Origin: Amphiscolops sp. MND2022
Lineage: Eukaryota
Reading direction: 5' to 3'
DNA: 64,000 nt
Assembly: GCA_964187785.1 (NCBI GenBank)
Contig: OZ076413.1
Location: forward strand, 43,216,001 to 43,280,000
Positions within the stretch are counted from its first letter, which is position 1. Each line of letters opens with the position of its first letter. Below the pieces are notes generated by a model, which ran no database searches, was not told where the DNA came from, and worked only from the letters and a program-made list of their open reading frames with translations. Below, piece by piece: positions 13,501-28,500 of the stretch. The position numbers and the translations under genes were made by a program.

Positions 13501-16500
13501 TCAACTCAACCTGATCACGCAATACCCAGACGAAGTCACAGCAGTTTTGAACCACATCTTCCAGGACCCAAATGAAAAAACAGACAGACGATGGTACCCC
13601 ACCTCTGAGACATGCGACGACCCGTCAAAGCTCAACACGATTGGAAGACGCATCTACGACGAGATTGTCAAACTCAGGGCGGAAGAAAAACTGGACCCAA
13701 CATCAAGTGAAGAAGAACGACACGAATTCTTGGCGAACTTCCAGTGGAAACAATCAATACCGAACCCTCTTGAGAAGCAAGAGATTGAGGCACTATTGGT
13801 CAAGTACCACGACATCTTCGCAAGACATAGACTGGACACCGGGATCAACACCGAATTCAAAATAAAGTTGACTCCCAAACACGACGAACCAGTTTCTGCC
13901 CACGGCTTGCCCTCAGCAACAAATTTGAAGGACGATTTATTGGTGAAAATTGCACTGACGCAAGAGTACGGTATAATCACCACATTACCGTATAGCAAAT
14001 ACTCTTCGCCTATCTTCGCCCAACGCATGCCAAACGGAAAACTTAGAATTTTCCGATTTCAGAAGAATTAATCATTTACTGAAGAATGATTACAACCAAC
14101 ACAACCACCCTGTGACAACGATGGCCGATGCAGCACAACACATGGCTGGCAAGCGTTACTTATGCAAGTTGGACTGTTCACAGGCGTACCATTGCCTTCA
14201 GATGGCAGATAAACAGTCAGTCCAGTTGCTTGCGTTCAACTTTGGAAGTAGAACCTTCGCCTTCATCAGATTAGCCCAAGGAGTGAATCGGTCCCTGTCA
14301 GCCTTCAACAAAACAGTTCGCGAACACTTGGATCCCTTGGTCAAGGCGGACAAATGCGGCCAATACGTTGACGATATCGGCATTGCCGCCAACACTGTCG
14401 AAGAGCTAGTCAACAACACTGAAGCGATTTTTACCAAAATCAGACAGGCCGGTCTGAAGCAGTCAATGGCGAAGTGTGCGTTCGGCCACCACGAGATCGA
14501 ATTCCTTGGAAGAAGCATCACTACCAAAGGCATCGCGCCCATCGAATAGAAAATCGACAATTTTCTGGAGAACATCAAACTGCCGACGTCCGTGAAGTCA
14601 CTACAACGGTATATTGGATTCGTACAGTTTTACCGCCAGTATATCCAGAGATTAGCTGAGAAACTGGTTCCACTATACAAATTGTTACAGAAAGACGTCA
14701 AGGACGAAATCACCCAGATCCACAAGGAAGCATTATTTGATTTCAACGAGATCTTAGCAAATGCTGCCAAGATGTCACTGAGATTACCCCATCCGGACAA
14801 ACAGCTAGCGATAATGTGCGACGCTAGCAAACACGCAGCCGGCTACGTTCTTCTGATAGATTACACTGAAACCAATGATGGACCAACGAAGTCATATGCA
14901 CCAGTAGCCAATGGATCTCAAAGGTTCACCGAGGGCCAAATGTCACTCACGATGTTCGCGAAGGAGTTCCTGGCCTTGCACTCCGCAGTTGACGAGTTCG
15001 CCCATATTTTTTTATTTTGTGGGGAGTGAAGAAACCAACAATTGTCACGACTGATAACAAGGCACTCACCAGATTCTTCCAGTCCAAACGCATACCACCA
15101 AAACTGGAATTACTGTGGCCAGGCCCTCCAATTCGACTTCGTCCTGGCCCATGTACCTGGTATCGGAAACCCAGCAACCGACTACCTGTCCAGAACAGAC
15201 ATCCACCCGAAGGACAGAATCCACCTCAAACTACATGATGAAATACCAGTCTTCAAAGTCGAAATTTTTCTGGCTTCGAAAGCGCCCAAGCAGGATGATG
15301 AGGAAGAAGAATACATACCAGACGAGACGGATGTGCCCGACACACCAACATCACCAAACCCAACAATGCAGTCACTCCTGGCGATGTTCCCTCAATGGTG
15401 TCACGAAGACGACGACCAGTACTGTAGACGCATTGACGACATCAAGACCTAGGTGCAACCGTTTTTGACGCCCTCTGACACAACACTGTCGAATTCTAGC
15501 AACGGAACCAGATTCACACGGTAAATCAGATATGCCCTACGGAGAATTCAGAAAATGTTAAGGCTCAAGGCGAAAATAGTGATGTCCAACGGGTAATTAG
15601 GATCCTTACTGTGCAAGACACCCCTCCAAACCAAGCTAACTTTGCAAGTACCTTTTCCCAAAAATTCTTCGCAAACCGTAAAAGACTTGAAGTCGTGAAC
15701 AACGTGCTGTACAGACAGGTTTTTGACAACGTACGGAAACTTAGCTTACCGACAAGTTGTAGATCCTCCAGAAATTACAGAGGCCATAATCAGGACGATG
15801 CATGGCGCCCCTTGCAGGGACTTCCTGGAGCTTCAAAAATGTCAGGTGAACTCAGGAAAAGGTACTACATCCCGAACCTAGCCGAAAAAGTTCAAAAGTT
15901 TGTTAACAACTGTCAAGACTGTGTTAAAGCGAAACCTATAAAATCCAGCTCGGTGACACACCACTCGAACCAATCTATGACCCCTGCAACGGTCCAGAAG
16001 ATGTCCTGGAAATCGATTTAGTCGGTGAGTTACCGCGATCTAATGGGTACTCACACATCCTGACTGCATGCGATTACTTTTCGCGATTAATTTTCGCTAA
16101 TCCAATCCGTTAGCTTGATACCAAATCTGTAGTAGAAGCACTGATTGACATATTCACGAAACACATTATAACAGACAAAGTGTCAGCATTCACAACAAAA
16201 GTCATAACAGAACTGGTGGACAAAACCGGGATCAAAGTCTCCCACGCGACAATCAAACATGCCCAAACTATTAGGATGATTGAAATGTCGCATCAACGTT
16301 TGAAACAAATTTTGAAAATGAACGTATCCGCAGACTGCCCACAGTGGGACCGATACCTCAATCTCGCTGTGATTGCGCACAATACGACCTACCACCAAAC
16401 TCTAAAATGTTCACCAACTGAAGTTTTCCACGACCGCGTACCGTACAACGCACTGCACCTAAAATTTGCACCTCTCAGTTCACCGAGGAACGCCACCGAT

Positions 16501-19500
16501 ACACAGACGTTAGTGGACAATCTGAATGCCAAATTCAAAGAAATCTACACCAATATAATCCGAGCCTTCCATAAGTACAAAGCGTACTACGATCGAAAAG
16601 CGCAAGCATCACCATTAAAAGAAAACGAGTTTGTCTTTTACTGAACCCTAAAATTGGCACGCAATCCAAAAAAATACCTTTCAACACCTTGAAATGGGAA
16701 GGGTCTTACAAAGTTTTTAAGGTCTTAACACATTCGAACTATATCGTCAGAAAAGTCGATACCTTCACGACGCAGTGTGTACATAGAATGCGACTCCGCC
16801 CATTCGTGCCACACGACACAATTGAAGACGTAAATGACGACGTAAACCGACATTATAGTGACCCCGACGCAATTGATGATCAGTCAATTATCAACAAAAA
16901 TCCGCCTGCACCCGAATAATCACCGCCGGCTGGAAACACATTTGAAGTCGACACAAAAGACACTGAAACAATCAATTCTGTACACGGAACACATTATTAT
17001 GAACACAAACGGGTTCATGAGGTACCAACTTTTTCTAATCCGCAGCCTGAAGCCATCCACACCTACCGTACGTACCGTATTGAAACTGAAAATCAATCCG
17101 ACGAACCAGACATACCGCTGCCTAATCACGAGTCTGAACAACAAATTCAGTCATATAATGATGCGGTGTACCACATCATCTGCCGAAACGTATGCACCGA
17201 TCTCACGCAATAATATTACCAGATATAGCCTTCGGGAAGCACCCGTGCATAAGACGTTTTGTTTTGGGGGTAGCTCTTAAGCTATTACGGAGAAACTCAA
17301 AGATAGAGTTCAAACTAGATAGATTGAGGGAACTCAAAGATAGAGTTCAATCTAAAGATTGAGGTCTTGTTCTCAAACAAGAAGACTAAGATTGATAATG
17401 TTCATTGACGATTTCTTATCACGGTAACGGTATGAATATAAATGAGTGAGTTTAGAGTCAATAGTGGGGAACTGGTTGTTAGCAGGTTGTTAACCAGCAA
17501 ATTAGGCATTTAAAGCCAAAGGGGCAACAAAAAGGTCTCAACTGGTTGTTTACATGTATGTAAAAACAACGTTTACAATAGTGAGCAATGGGTGGCAATT
17601 ATCGTACATGAAATGAGCAATGTAATTGCTGTCAAGCAAAGTGATTGATCAAAATTAAACTTGAAAGAATAAACAGACAAAGAAACTAAAAAGAGCACTG
17701 TCGCAGATTCGAACTCGCGCAGACCGGTTCGAAGGCAAAGACTGATCCACTGTGCTAAGTGGACTAATAATTACTGCGCGATCATTGTGATGTCATGCGC
17801 CAACATCCCGTCGGCCATGAAGTATCAGCTTCATTGAGTATATGGTTAGCACTCGTTAGCACCAAATTTAAAATATTGGCTGGCTTCTTTATTCTTCTCT
17901 TTACACACTAAACCTCCTCCCTCGCCCCCCCCTTCATCCCCCCCGTGAGGAAGGAATCCAGATCTGAGCAAAGTTCCCTTAGGACATTGGGAACCTACTC
18001 ACCAGAGGTGAGGTAGGAGTGTGGGGGGCGTGAGCAGGGCTCGAACCTCCGACCTGGCGGTTATCTAATGGTCTAACTGTTGCTTTAACGTTAGCACCAA
18101 GCCACAGCACGCAGATTCTTTGTCATTCATGCTGCTACTCATTGTGTGCATTCATCGTTTGCATTGTGGAGGTCAGTGTTCTTAATTGGTAGACGTCTCA
18201 GCTTGCTGACAGGTCTTGTGAATTCACCACGCGATGTTCTCACCAATGCCACGCGAGCTAAGCCATCATGATCAAGCTTCAATTGCATCACTCGACCAAT
18301 ACTCCACTGCAGTAGTGGAATGCCATCGTCTGTGATCAGCACTACGTCATCAATTGAAGGGTTTGCACGCTCTTGTCGCCATTTGCCTCGCGGCTGAAGT
18401 GATGCTACATACTCAGAAGCCCATCGCTTCCAGAATTCAGAGAGTAGCTGTTGAAGAGCGCGAAATCGTTTTGCTGGATGCCCGCGGGCATCCATTGTCT
18501 GTAAACAGGGCTGTGGGATAGCATCCAATCGGCTGCCATTGACTAGCATTGACGAGGTCAGTGCAAAGATGTCATCCGGGTTGTTTGTGAGAGCCATCAA
18601 GGGACGATTGTTCAAGACTTGTTCTATTTGGCATAGAATGGTTGTTATCTCCTCGTAAGTGAGAATGGAACTGCCCATGACTCTTCGCAAGTGATTCTTC
18701 ATCGACTTCACCGCTGCTTCCCATAGTCCGCCGAAGTTGGGTGAGCGAGGAGGAATGAAGAGCCATCAATGCTGTTGTATGCTTGTGCCCCAGCCTTGGC
18801 CATCTTCTCCAATTCGTTGAGGTCACGCCTTGCACCCACGAAGTTTGTTGCGTTGTCGGACACAATTTGACTGGGGATGCCTCGTCTTGCAATGAATCGT
18901 CTCAGAGCTGCCACCATCGCATCTTCTAAGTGAACAGCCTTTGATGCAAAACATACAAAAACAGCTACATAACCTTTGACGCTGTCATTTCTACTCTTGA
19001 ATGTTAGAGGTCCTGCGAAATCTAGGCCTACACAGGAGAAGGCACGTTCGGGAGCCTCAATGCGACTTGAGGGCAAGTCACCCATGAGCTGCTACGTTGG
19101 CCCTGAGTTGAAGCGGAAGCACGTAACGCACTTCTTGATGCATGCTGACGCCTTCTTCATTGCCTGAGTCACCCAGATTTGCCGTCTCATTTCTGCCACT
19201 GTTGCTGTGGGACCACCATGAAGGGTTCGTTTGTGGCCATCGTTGATTGCAAGTGTGGCCAGTTTGCTTCGGTGAGACACAAGTAAAGGGAACCGCTGAT
19301 CGTCAGTCATTGAGTACCCGTGGGCCAATCTGCCGCCAACCCTGATGACGCCGTTGTCCATGAATGGATAGAGGGGTGCTATTGAGCTCTTCGGGTTGAT
19401 CGAGTCACCATTTGAGACGGCTTTGAACTCGGCTTCGAAGTGTACCATCTGATCTGCTTTGACCACCGCATACAAGGCGAGAGCCATTTCCTCCCGGCCA

Positions 19501-22500
19501 AAGATCGTCTTGAGATCTTTCTTGAAGGCTACTTTGCAAATACACAGTGTTCTTAACAACTTCACTAGTGAGTTGAAATTGTCCAAGTCTACTAACGGAC
19601 TACTGGGCGAAGTTAGCACTGTCAATGTTTTGAATTCTTGGCGGGCTTCCTCCTTTGTGAGGAGAGTCTGAGGTTGGTCAGGAAATGATGATCCCAACCA
19701 CGATGGCCCCTGAAACCAGATTGTCTGCTGAGCCACCAATTGCGTTGCTAGCAGCCCCCGTGAGCACAGATCTGCTGGGTTTTCCTCTGAGGGTACGTGA
19801 ATGAATTCAGTTGTTGGGAGCATTGACTGAATTTGGGACACGCGGTTTGACACAAATGTATGCCATCGAGCAGGGTCTGCCTTGATCCATGCGAGGGCGA
19901 TTGTTGAGTCTGAGTACAGCACAGAGATGTTCAATGCGTGCTTCGATTTTGATAGTGCCCCCTTGACTGCTGTTGCAAGTTTGGCACCAGTGTGAATTGC
20001 CAAGAGCTCGAGTCGAGGGAGAGTTGAGGGTTTGATCGGAGCCACCTTGCATTTGGAGGAGATGAGGGTTGAGGAGACGATGTCATCTTTGACTGACACC
20101 AAATAGACACAGGCACCATATGCCTTTTCCGAGGCATCACAAAAGACTTCCAAGGATGCTTCGTCGTACAAGTGGATTGGTAGCACCTTCCGGGGTATCT
20201 TGAGTTGTGATAGCGAGCCCATGTCATCTTTCCACTTTGTGTATGCCCGTGACACATCATTTGGAACTGCATCGTTCCACTCGAGATCCAACTTCCAGCA
20301 CGATTGAATGATGATCTTGGCTAGTACGAGAACTGGAGCTATGAGGCCAATTGGATCAAAATGCTCCGAAACATCACTGAGTAAAGTTCGTTTTGTAATG
20401 GTTGAAACATACTCACTATTACATGCGTACACAAAGTGAACCTCTAGAGCTTGCCACGTCAGTCCAAGTGTTTTGATTTGATGGGTTTTGTCGTTGATTT
20501 CATAGGCCTTACCAGCTTCCTGAAGATCTTTCGGAAGACGATCTGATTCGTCTAGAGCCACTTGTCGGTACATTTTTGCGACATCGGCCGACACGGCATA
20601 TTGGTGTAGGCGAAAGCGGATGAGGATGTCGAATACATCGTCTTGTTAGCGGGGTCCAAGCAGCAAGCAGTCAATAAGAGAATAGCCATTTGGGGACTTG
20701 CTGCTAGCATCGAACACGACACGGAGCTTTGTTGTTGTACTATCCTTGAACACACAGTGATGGGGTAAGTAGTAACACAAGCCTGAAGTCTGAGGAGCTT
20801 CTTCCAAGTGACCCATGTCTAAAAATTCCTTGATGAAGTCGCGATACTGTTGCTTCACATCACCGTGGTCCTTAAGTTTTCACTCCAAAGGGAACAGTCT
20901 CTGCTTTGCTGTTTGGAAGTTGTTTGAGGGACGTGCCTGAGACTTGAAAGGCAGACGAACAGTGATGCGGCCGTCATCTGCCACATATGTCGTGGTATCG
21001 TAATGTTCCTCACATTGTCGATTTTCTTTAGACATCGGCTTTACTCGAGGAATCTCTTCAACTTCCCAGAAGCGAGCAAGGTCCAGTTCCACTGCAACTT
21101 GAAAGGATTGACATTGGTAGGCACGCACTTGGGACAACACTCCAGTGACCACCCAGCCAAAGATAGACTTGCGATAGTGAAGCCCATGATCCTTCTTCCT
21201 CTCGTCCAGAAAGAGATCTTCGTACACATCCGCGCCCAACAGCAATTGAACGGGGCCAGGTTGATGGAAGTTTTCGTCTGCTAGTGCTACACTTTTCATT
21301 GACTTTAATTGTTTTAAGTTAATTGATTGAGAAGGTATATTACCTGCAATTGACTTCAGCACTAGTGCTGTAACAGGCAACTTTTGTGGACCCACAAGGA
21401 GACTGACAGACTCCTTGGCTGCTTGTTGCCGTCCACTAATCCCAGAGATCTTCACGTCTACTGTTGAACGTGCAAGATTGAGTTTTGATGCAGCGTCTGC
21501 GGTGATGAAGGATGTTTGAGACCCAGAGTCCAGCAGGGCTCGGAAAATCAATGTCTTTCCATCTGTGTCGTCTATGCCAATCATTGCTGTTGAGAGAAGC
21601 ACAGATGGACCACTGAACGTTGCACCACTTGTCACACCACTTTGCTGCTCGACTGCACGATCAAAATGCAGCGATGTGTGATGCCTCCCGTTGCAAGTGC
21701 GGCAGCTGAACTTCGATGGACAATCAGCCACGAAATCCCGCCCCAGACAATTCATGCACAGTTTGAGCTTCCTCACCACTGCCTTCTTCTCACGCGTGCC
21801 CAGCTGCTTGTAGCGATCACACTGAGAGATTGAGTGTGACCCACTGCATTCTTTCATCTGACAACTCGTTGAGTGCTCAACAGTTGAGGAGTATGCTTCT
21901 TGAAGCACCTTCTCGGGCGTCGTCTTGGGGACGGAAGCCTCATGCTGGTCGCCGCTTGATTCCAATGCACGGCTTAGTCTATCCATGAATGTAGTTAACT
22001 CCTTGAATGTTAACACATCTGTGCCAGGATGAGCCAATTCAAATTGCTTCCTCGACTCAGCATCAAGTTTCTCCAGCAGCCAGTACACAAGTATTGCATC
22101 CCACTGATCGACAGGAAGCCCTAAGGCTTCTAGTGCTTGCACATGTTCATTGGTCGACTCCAGTAACTTGCGCAGTTCGACACTTGACTCCTTCTTGATG
22201 GCTGGTAGGGCATGAATTGCCGCCAAGTGCGCCTTCACGATTAATCGCTTGTTGTTGTAGCGCTCCTCTAACTTACGCTTGGCGATGTCATAATTGGTAT
22301 CAGTGACCAAAAAAGATGAAACTATCTGAGCAGCATCACCCTTCAGTGCCAGCTTGAGGTAAGATAGCTTCTCAACATTGGTCATGTCACGTTTGCTGTC
22401 AACCAAAATTGTAAATTGGTCCCAGAAAGAGACCCACTGTGTGTATTCACCGCTGAATGAAGGAAGGGTCAGCTTGGGGAGCTTGGTCGTCAGACTGCCA

Positions 22501-25500
22501 TTTGATGGAGCCGCCGCGCCGCTTATGCTTGGAGGCTGCATCTCTTTTATCTTGCCCTGACACCACTTCACAGCCCTTTCGGCTTCCATGAACACGTCAG
22601 CCGCTTCCTCCACATCGGCTACTAGTTCATCGTCGTCATCAATGAGTTGTTGGATCTGCGAATCCAACTCTGTCAGCATCTTGCGACGATCAATCAGGAA
22701 CTCCAATGTGGCTTGAACATCCTCGAGCGGTCCACCAGCTTGCCGGATTGCTGCTGCCCGTCTTGTGCAGACGCCGCGATGAGCCCCTCTTGATCGTTTG
22801 AGCTGAGGCAACTTCATCTCACCACCAGAGCCGTCTGAACCTCCTGATCCATCTGCTGTTGACATCACGTCGAGGTCACCAATGTTTTGGGGGGAGCTCT
22901 CAAGCTAATACGGAGAAACTCAAAGATAGAGTTCAAACTAGATAGATTGAGGGAACTCAAAGATAGAGTTCAAGCTAAAGATTGAGGTCTTGTTCTCAAA
23001 CAAGAAGACTAAGATTGATAATGTTTATTGACGATTTCTTATCACGGTAACGGTATGAATATAAATGAGTGAGTTTAGAGACAATAGTGGGGAACTGGTT
23101 GTTAGCAAAATTAGGCATTTAAAGCCAAAGGGGCAACAAAAAGGTCTCAACTGGTCGTTGACATGTATGTAAAAACAACGTTTACAATAGTGAGCAATGG
23201 GTGGTAATTATTGTACACGAAATAAGCAATGTAGTTGCTGTCAAGCAAAGTGATTGATCAAAATTAAAGGTGAAAGAATAAATAGACAAAGAAACTAAAA
23301 AGAGCACTGTCGCAGATTTGAACTCGCGCAGACCGGTTCGAAGGCAAAGACTGATCCACTGTGCTAAGTGGACTAATAATTACTGCGCGATCATTGTGAT
23401 GTCATGCGCCAACACGTTTGATAATTTCCTTGTTCATGACCTCAAACAAAGCCCGCACTTTCAAAATTCATGCAACGCAAATCTGCAAGCTAATAGAAAT
23501 TACATGCATTCAAGTAAATGTAGTCTACACAACTAAATGTAAGTACCAACATGAAAAACAACTTTCCAAAAGCAAAAAAAAACATTTCAGTGACGACTGA
23601 CACTCACTGTCATACACACTAGAGAGTACCGGCAGAGTAACATATTACTCTCTACCGAGACAACCGAGCAAAAGGTAAACACATGCAATGTAGCTGCACT
23701 CACTACATCTCTACATGTAACTTGCTGTTTCACTCTCTTCCGCCAGCTGAACGAATTAAAACCTACATGTAATGCTGCAATGCACACCACATCACCACGT
23801 GACCGGAAGTTAGAAATTCATGTTTTGAAGATGAAACTCAGCCACGAATTTATTCAATTCACGAGAAAATCAACGCAAGCAAAAGAAAGGGATTGCTCGG
23901 CAATCCCGATCGAAACAAACAGAAGTAGAAGCTTTCTGCACGCAAAAACAACAACAAACACTCATTAGTAAACCCTCAGAAAATTGAGCTGCCTCGCCAA
24001 CGTTACACCGTCTGAAATAAGCCTGTTGTCACCGCAAAAAACTCATGTGGTGTGGTTAGCCACGTTCAAAACCAGACGAAGCTGTGCTTCCCGGGTAATC
24101 CGATGACACAGTTGATTCTAAGTTAGTTTTGAAGAGGTTTTGTGACGACAAAACCTTGTCCCGAAAACTTGAATTTTTAACACTAAAGCAACGACGAAAA
24201 AAGCAAACGTCACACCCCTTTCGACTTGAAAGTCGTGAACGCCTTGTCCTTCCTGGTGATTCGTAGGCTTCGCCTCGCGTCAGAAAGAGCAAGGTACCAG
24301 CAAATCAACCACCAATGGGCATGGGGTAATCCATACCCATTACTGGATATTAAAACTTGACACACATCACGAGTCATGACCTCGTGTGGCACACATCATC
24401 GATGATGAAGTCAAGAATGACACCATCATAACTACATGCATTCTCTGCAAAAAAGGGTAACACGTATTAAACATGTAAATTAAAAGAAAGTCAAACCACA
24501 AAGACCCTCCATTAATACAACTAGCCGCATGTAATCCCAGTAACACACAAGCATCGCTCCCGCAGTAAAACAAAACATAAATACATATTAACCAATCATC
24601 CAGCAGCAAAACATCCAAATTAAAAAAAGAGCATTCAAATGAGTGATAAAACACCCTTAACAAAACCAAGTCTAACACAGTTTTAGTTTGCAACTACTCA
24701 TCCGACGAGTCAAGTATGACTCGGTTAGTCCGTCTACTACCAGATAGATGTACATCATCACTGGAAGACTGGGTACCACGGTCTGATGCGTCACCAGCCG
24801 TGACAGATAACACTAGTCTCTTAGCTGCATGCGGTTTTCCACCAGTTCGACGGCCTTTTCCAGAATTAGACACTCCGCTGCGACATTCGCGACAGACTCA
24901 CCGCTTTTTGCACGTCCCGTGGACTTAGAAGTCCAATCTGTAGCCAAATTAGATTTCTTCTTAAGCGTCTTTAACTTGACATTCGACTGACTGCGTGGTA
25001 TCTTAGCCTTTCTAAGCGATCCAGATTGCCCTGCTTTAGAACTCGGCGTGACTCGGGTAGGATTAGTCGCCATCATTTCCATCACATTTAATTGAGCGAG
25101 TACTGTCAATCGATACTCGTCCACAACAGGAACGATATGGGTGTCAGGTCTGTTCTCCAACATAGATATACACCGAGACAACGTTTGATCCAAGCCAATC
25201 TTGACTAGCTGGTTCCACGTCTTAGCACGGACATTATCGGATAAACGGGACACTTGCATGCATCTCTGTACTCTCAACCACCCGTAGCAAACCACGTAGG
25301 TCTCGGCGCGACTTTCCGATGAAGGAGTGACTAATTCAACTCCGGACAAAGCTTGAGGCAAGTTCATCAGAAACCAAAGCCCCATTCTCATCATCAGTTA
25401 AAGCAGACCGATACAAACAGGTAACAACCACACTGAACACTAGATCCACAACTTGATGTAGTTCTACACATCGTTTCCAATGAGGGTAAGACATCCACGA

Positions 25501-28500
25501 CGCAATATTGTCTTCAATGACAGGCAATTCATCTGCTGCCGACGCCCAACGCCTTTTGAAAAACTGAGTGATTTCTCTGTATTGTGGTTGAACTGCACCC
25601 CCATCAGCCAAGTCGACTAGCCCATACGCCGTCAGCACGGCACAAGTTTCCACTAAGGCATCAACACAACGATCATTAGACCCGCTGCGAATAAGGAAAG
25701 GATCGAAGGGAGTCAAACTCATATGATGTGGCCAGGTCTGCCGCCACAATCCTCTCAATCCGCGACCTGGCCCAACCAGCATTTTTTGAACGCACTTGTA
25801 GAAAAACGGTAGTTGCGTCTGATTTTGAATCGGAAATACTGTCCGAAATGCAAGCGGTATACGTTCGAGTCTACCTCTGCACACTCGGAATCGACTGCCT
25901 TCAACAAGGCTGCGATCTCGTATTCAGCCGGGACACTGGTCGCTGTGTAAATGAATTGCATCACTGCGCGTAGAAATTGCGTCAGTTCCCCTCAACAACG
26001 ATGCCGTAGTCACGACCTCGTCCACAAAAGCGAGGACAATGCTTCACCACTGAAACACAACTGACTATGAAGAACCTATCTAGCCCCACACAAACCCCCC
26101 ACCTCAGTAAATCCTACACTTCGAGGAAAACACCCCTAGACATCCACAACAAGAACCGAAAACATCCAAAAAAACATTCTCAATTAAGTCCAAAACAAGA
26201 CGCAGAACAGCAAATCGAGGGCGGATCATAGCATCTTCGAACACCTGACTCTCCAATGGAGTAATTGGTCACAATTCTGATGTCACACTTGGCCTGTGAG
26301 TTCCAAAGTACAGGGCCAAGTCGTTCCAGTACTCCGCGACTTCTGAGCACACTGACGCCAGCTGGGCGACGTCATCTCCACCAACTCGTATATACTACAA
26401 TGCACAACAAAATTACCCTCTTATAATTTTAAAGAGACCGTACCCCTAAATAGTAGTTATCAACTACCAAGCTTACCAATCAATCACTACCAAAACCACG
26501 TTTATACAAAAAAAATAAAATATACTAACACGACGCAATAAAGGCAGCCCATCCAAAAAACACTCTTGAGCTACCGGCATGAGTAGCACACGAAAGTACT
26601 TTAGCACACTTAGGGGATCGAGACCTGCAAACTCTGAAAGGAATTGCTGCTGTACTTCTTTGAACACCGATTTCTGAGTGATTAGACCAACTACAATTGG
26701 AGTCTTCGGCGCAACCACTGCGGCTACAGCTCGACCAACGTGCGTGTCACCCTCGACTGACACAGCCTTCAATCGTGTTTTTTCTTGCAGACATGCCAGG
26801 TATTACATTGTGAAGCATCCGTTTTTTGCCATCCAGTACCGCCAGAGACGAGAGACAGAACGATGGACTTCACTCCATTTACACCGACGACGTGAAGTTC
26901 ACCACTCCATTGCCACTCGTACTGCCTACTACTGACACCAATGCAGAAGTTGGCCTCAACCAACGCGTCCAACTGCTCCACGACATATGGGTATAACCCA
27001 TACAGGACAAGACTCTAAATAGCAACAAATAAACTGTAGAGAAAAATAATAAATAACCCCAACCAAATTGGCGTTCGCAACTAAAACGCAGGACAACGCC
27101 CTGTCTACAACCACATTATTTGATACACAAACCAATTTTGAATACACCGAACAAGAAAACTGAAAAATTGTATCTACCTGACACCGACTGTAGTTCAGTG
27201 TCCGGCATTCGAAACGCAGTTCGTTCGCCATGCAACTCCGCCATGCGTCGAGCGATTGAAGCACTCCCTGAAAGGACGTCACCGTGAGGAAGCTCGAAAT
27301 AAAATTGCTCAGCCACAAGTAGCTGACGCTTCCGTCCTGTAAACGAGGACGCGCTCCTTCTGCAGTTTCAGCCTCTTCAATGTCTACTCGTTCCTCAATA
27401 GTTAGACCCAGAGCAGATTCTAGGAACTCTGGCGGTTCGGTCAACATAGCACGTCGACTTCTCCGATCTTCTTACGCGGATACTGGCCTGCAAGACTTGT
27501 CAAGTAACGGCTTGTGCGTCATTATTCTGTATTTCTGCTCAAAGTGGGTACGTTTCACCCCCTTCCAGTGCTCCCATAGCGATGAAAGACTGCGTCCGGC
27601 AATACTCAAGTCCGTCCGACAAAGCGGACACCGAGCATATCCGTCGATCACTCGCTTGTTTCGGGGGAAACCAACAAAGTTCCCCACGACGCCAGAAACA
27701 AAGTACGACGGCTTTAGAGTCTTGATTTTCCGGGCACGTGGTAGAACGAACACACACAAAGTGTCAAATGGTTCCACATAACTAACAAAAAAAGAAAAAA
27801 AAGTTTGTCCCTTTACAGCCTTAGAATTTTTGTTAACTAAAACCCCACCCATGATCTTATGTGATTCTTACCAGGTTTGGCAGTTGTCTTTTTCCCACAA
27901 TGGATGCTCCCACAGTCGTACCCTCTCCAAACACGGAGGGAACCATTGATACCAGCCGACTAGTTACCGACAAGTCTCTTTGGATATCGCTTCCACCTGG
28001 CACGACACCCACAGATGATGATGCTATCAAGGGGACATCCTCTCCAGGTACAGCTGACCTCGAGTCACCAGCAGGGACCAAACGGGACACTGCTGAAGGC
28101 AACTGCCCGACAAATCCGTCCACAGCCATCGCGCTAACTGTCCCCAGTCGGCCCAGAGTGGATTCAATGGAAGCTTTTACTACACCGGACAACTCCTTTT
28201 CCAGCCGGGTGATCGAAGCAACCATGTCATTTAGAGTCAATAAGCTACCAACTGCAACACCTGGAAACATTCCAATCAATGGTTAACGATGCAGCTCAAT
28301 ACGCTACATACCAACAACACCAATTCCCGATGACAACTTTATGCATCTGACAGCCCGTACAAAGGGATAAAGCCTATGCTACTGCCTTATTTGCAATATG
28401 GAGTGGTTAGCGAACAGACTTACCTGTTTGATGATGCACATAATCCCTGAGCCCAGGCTCGATAGCACTCATGGACGGCACACCTGATGAAGACTCATTG

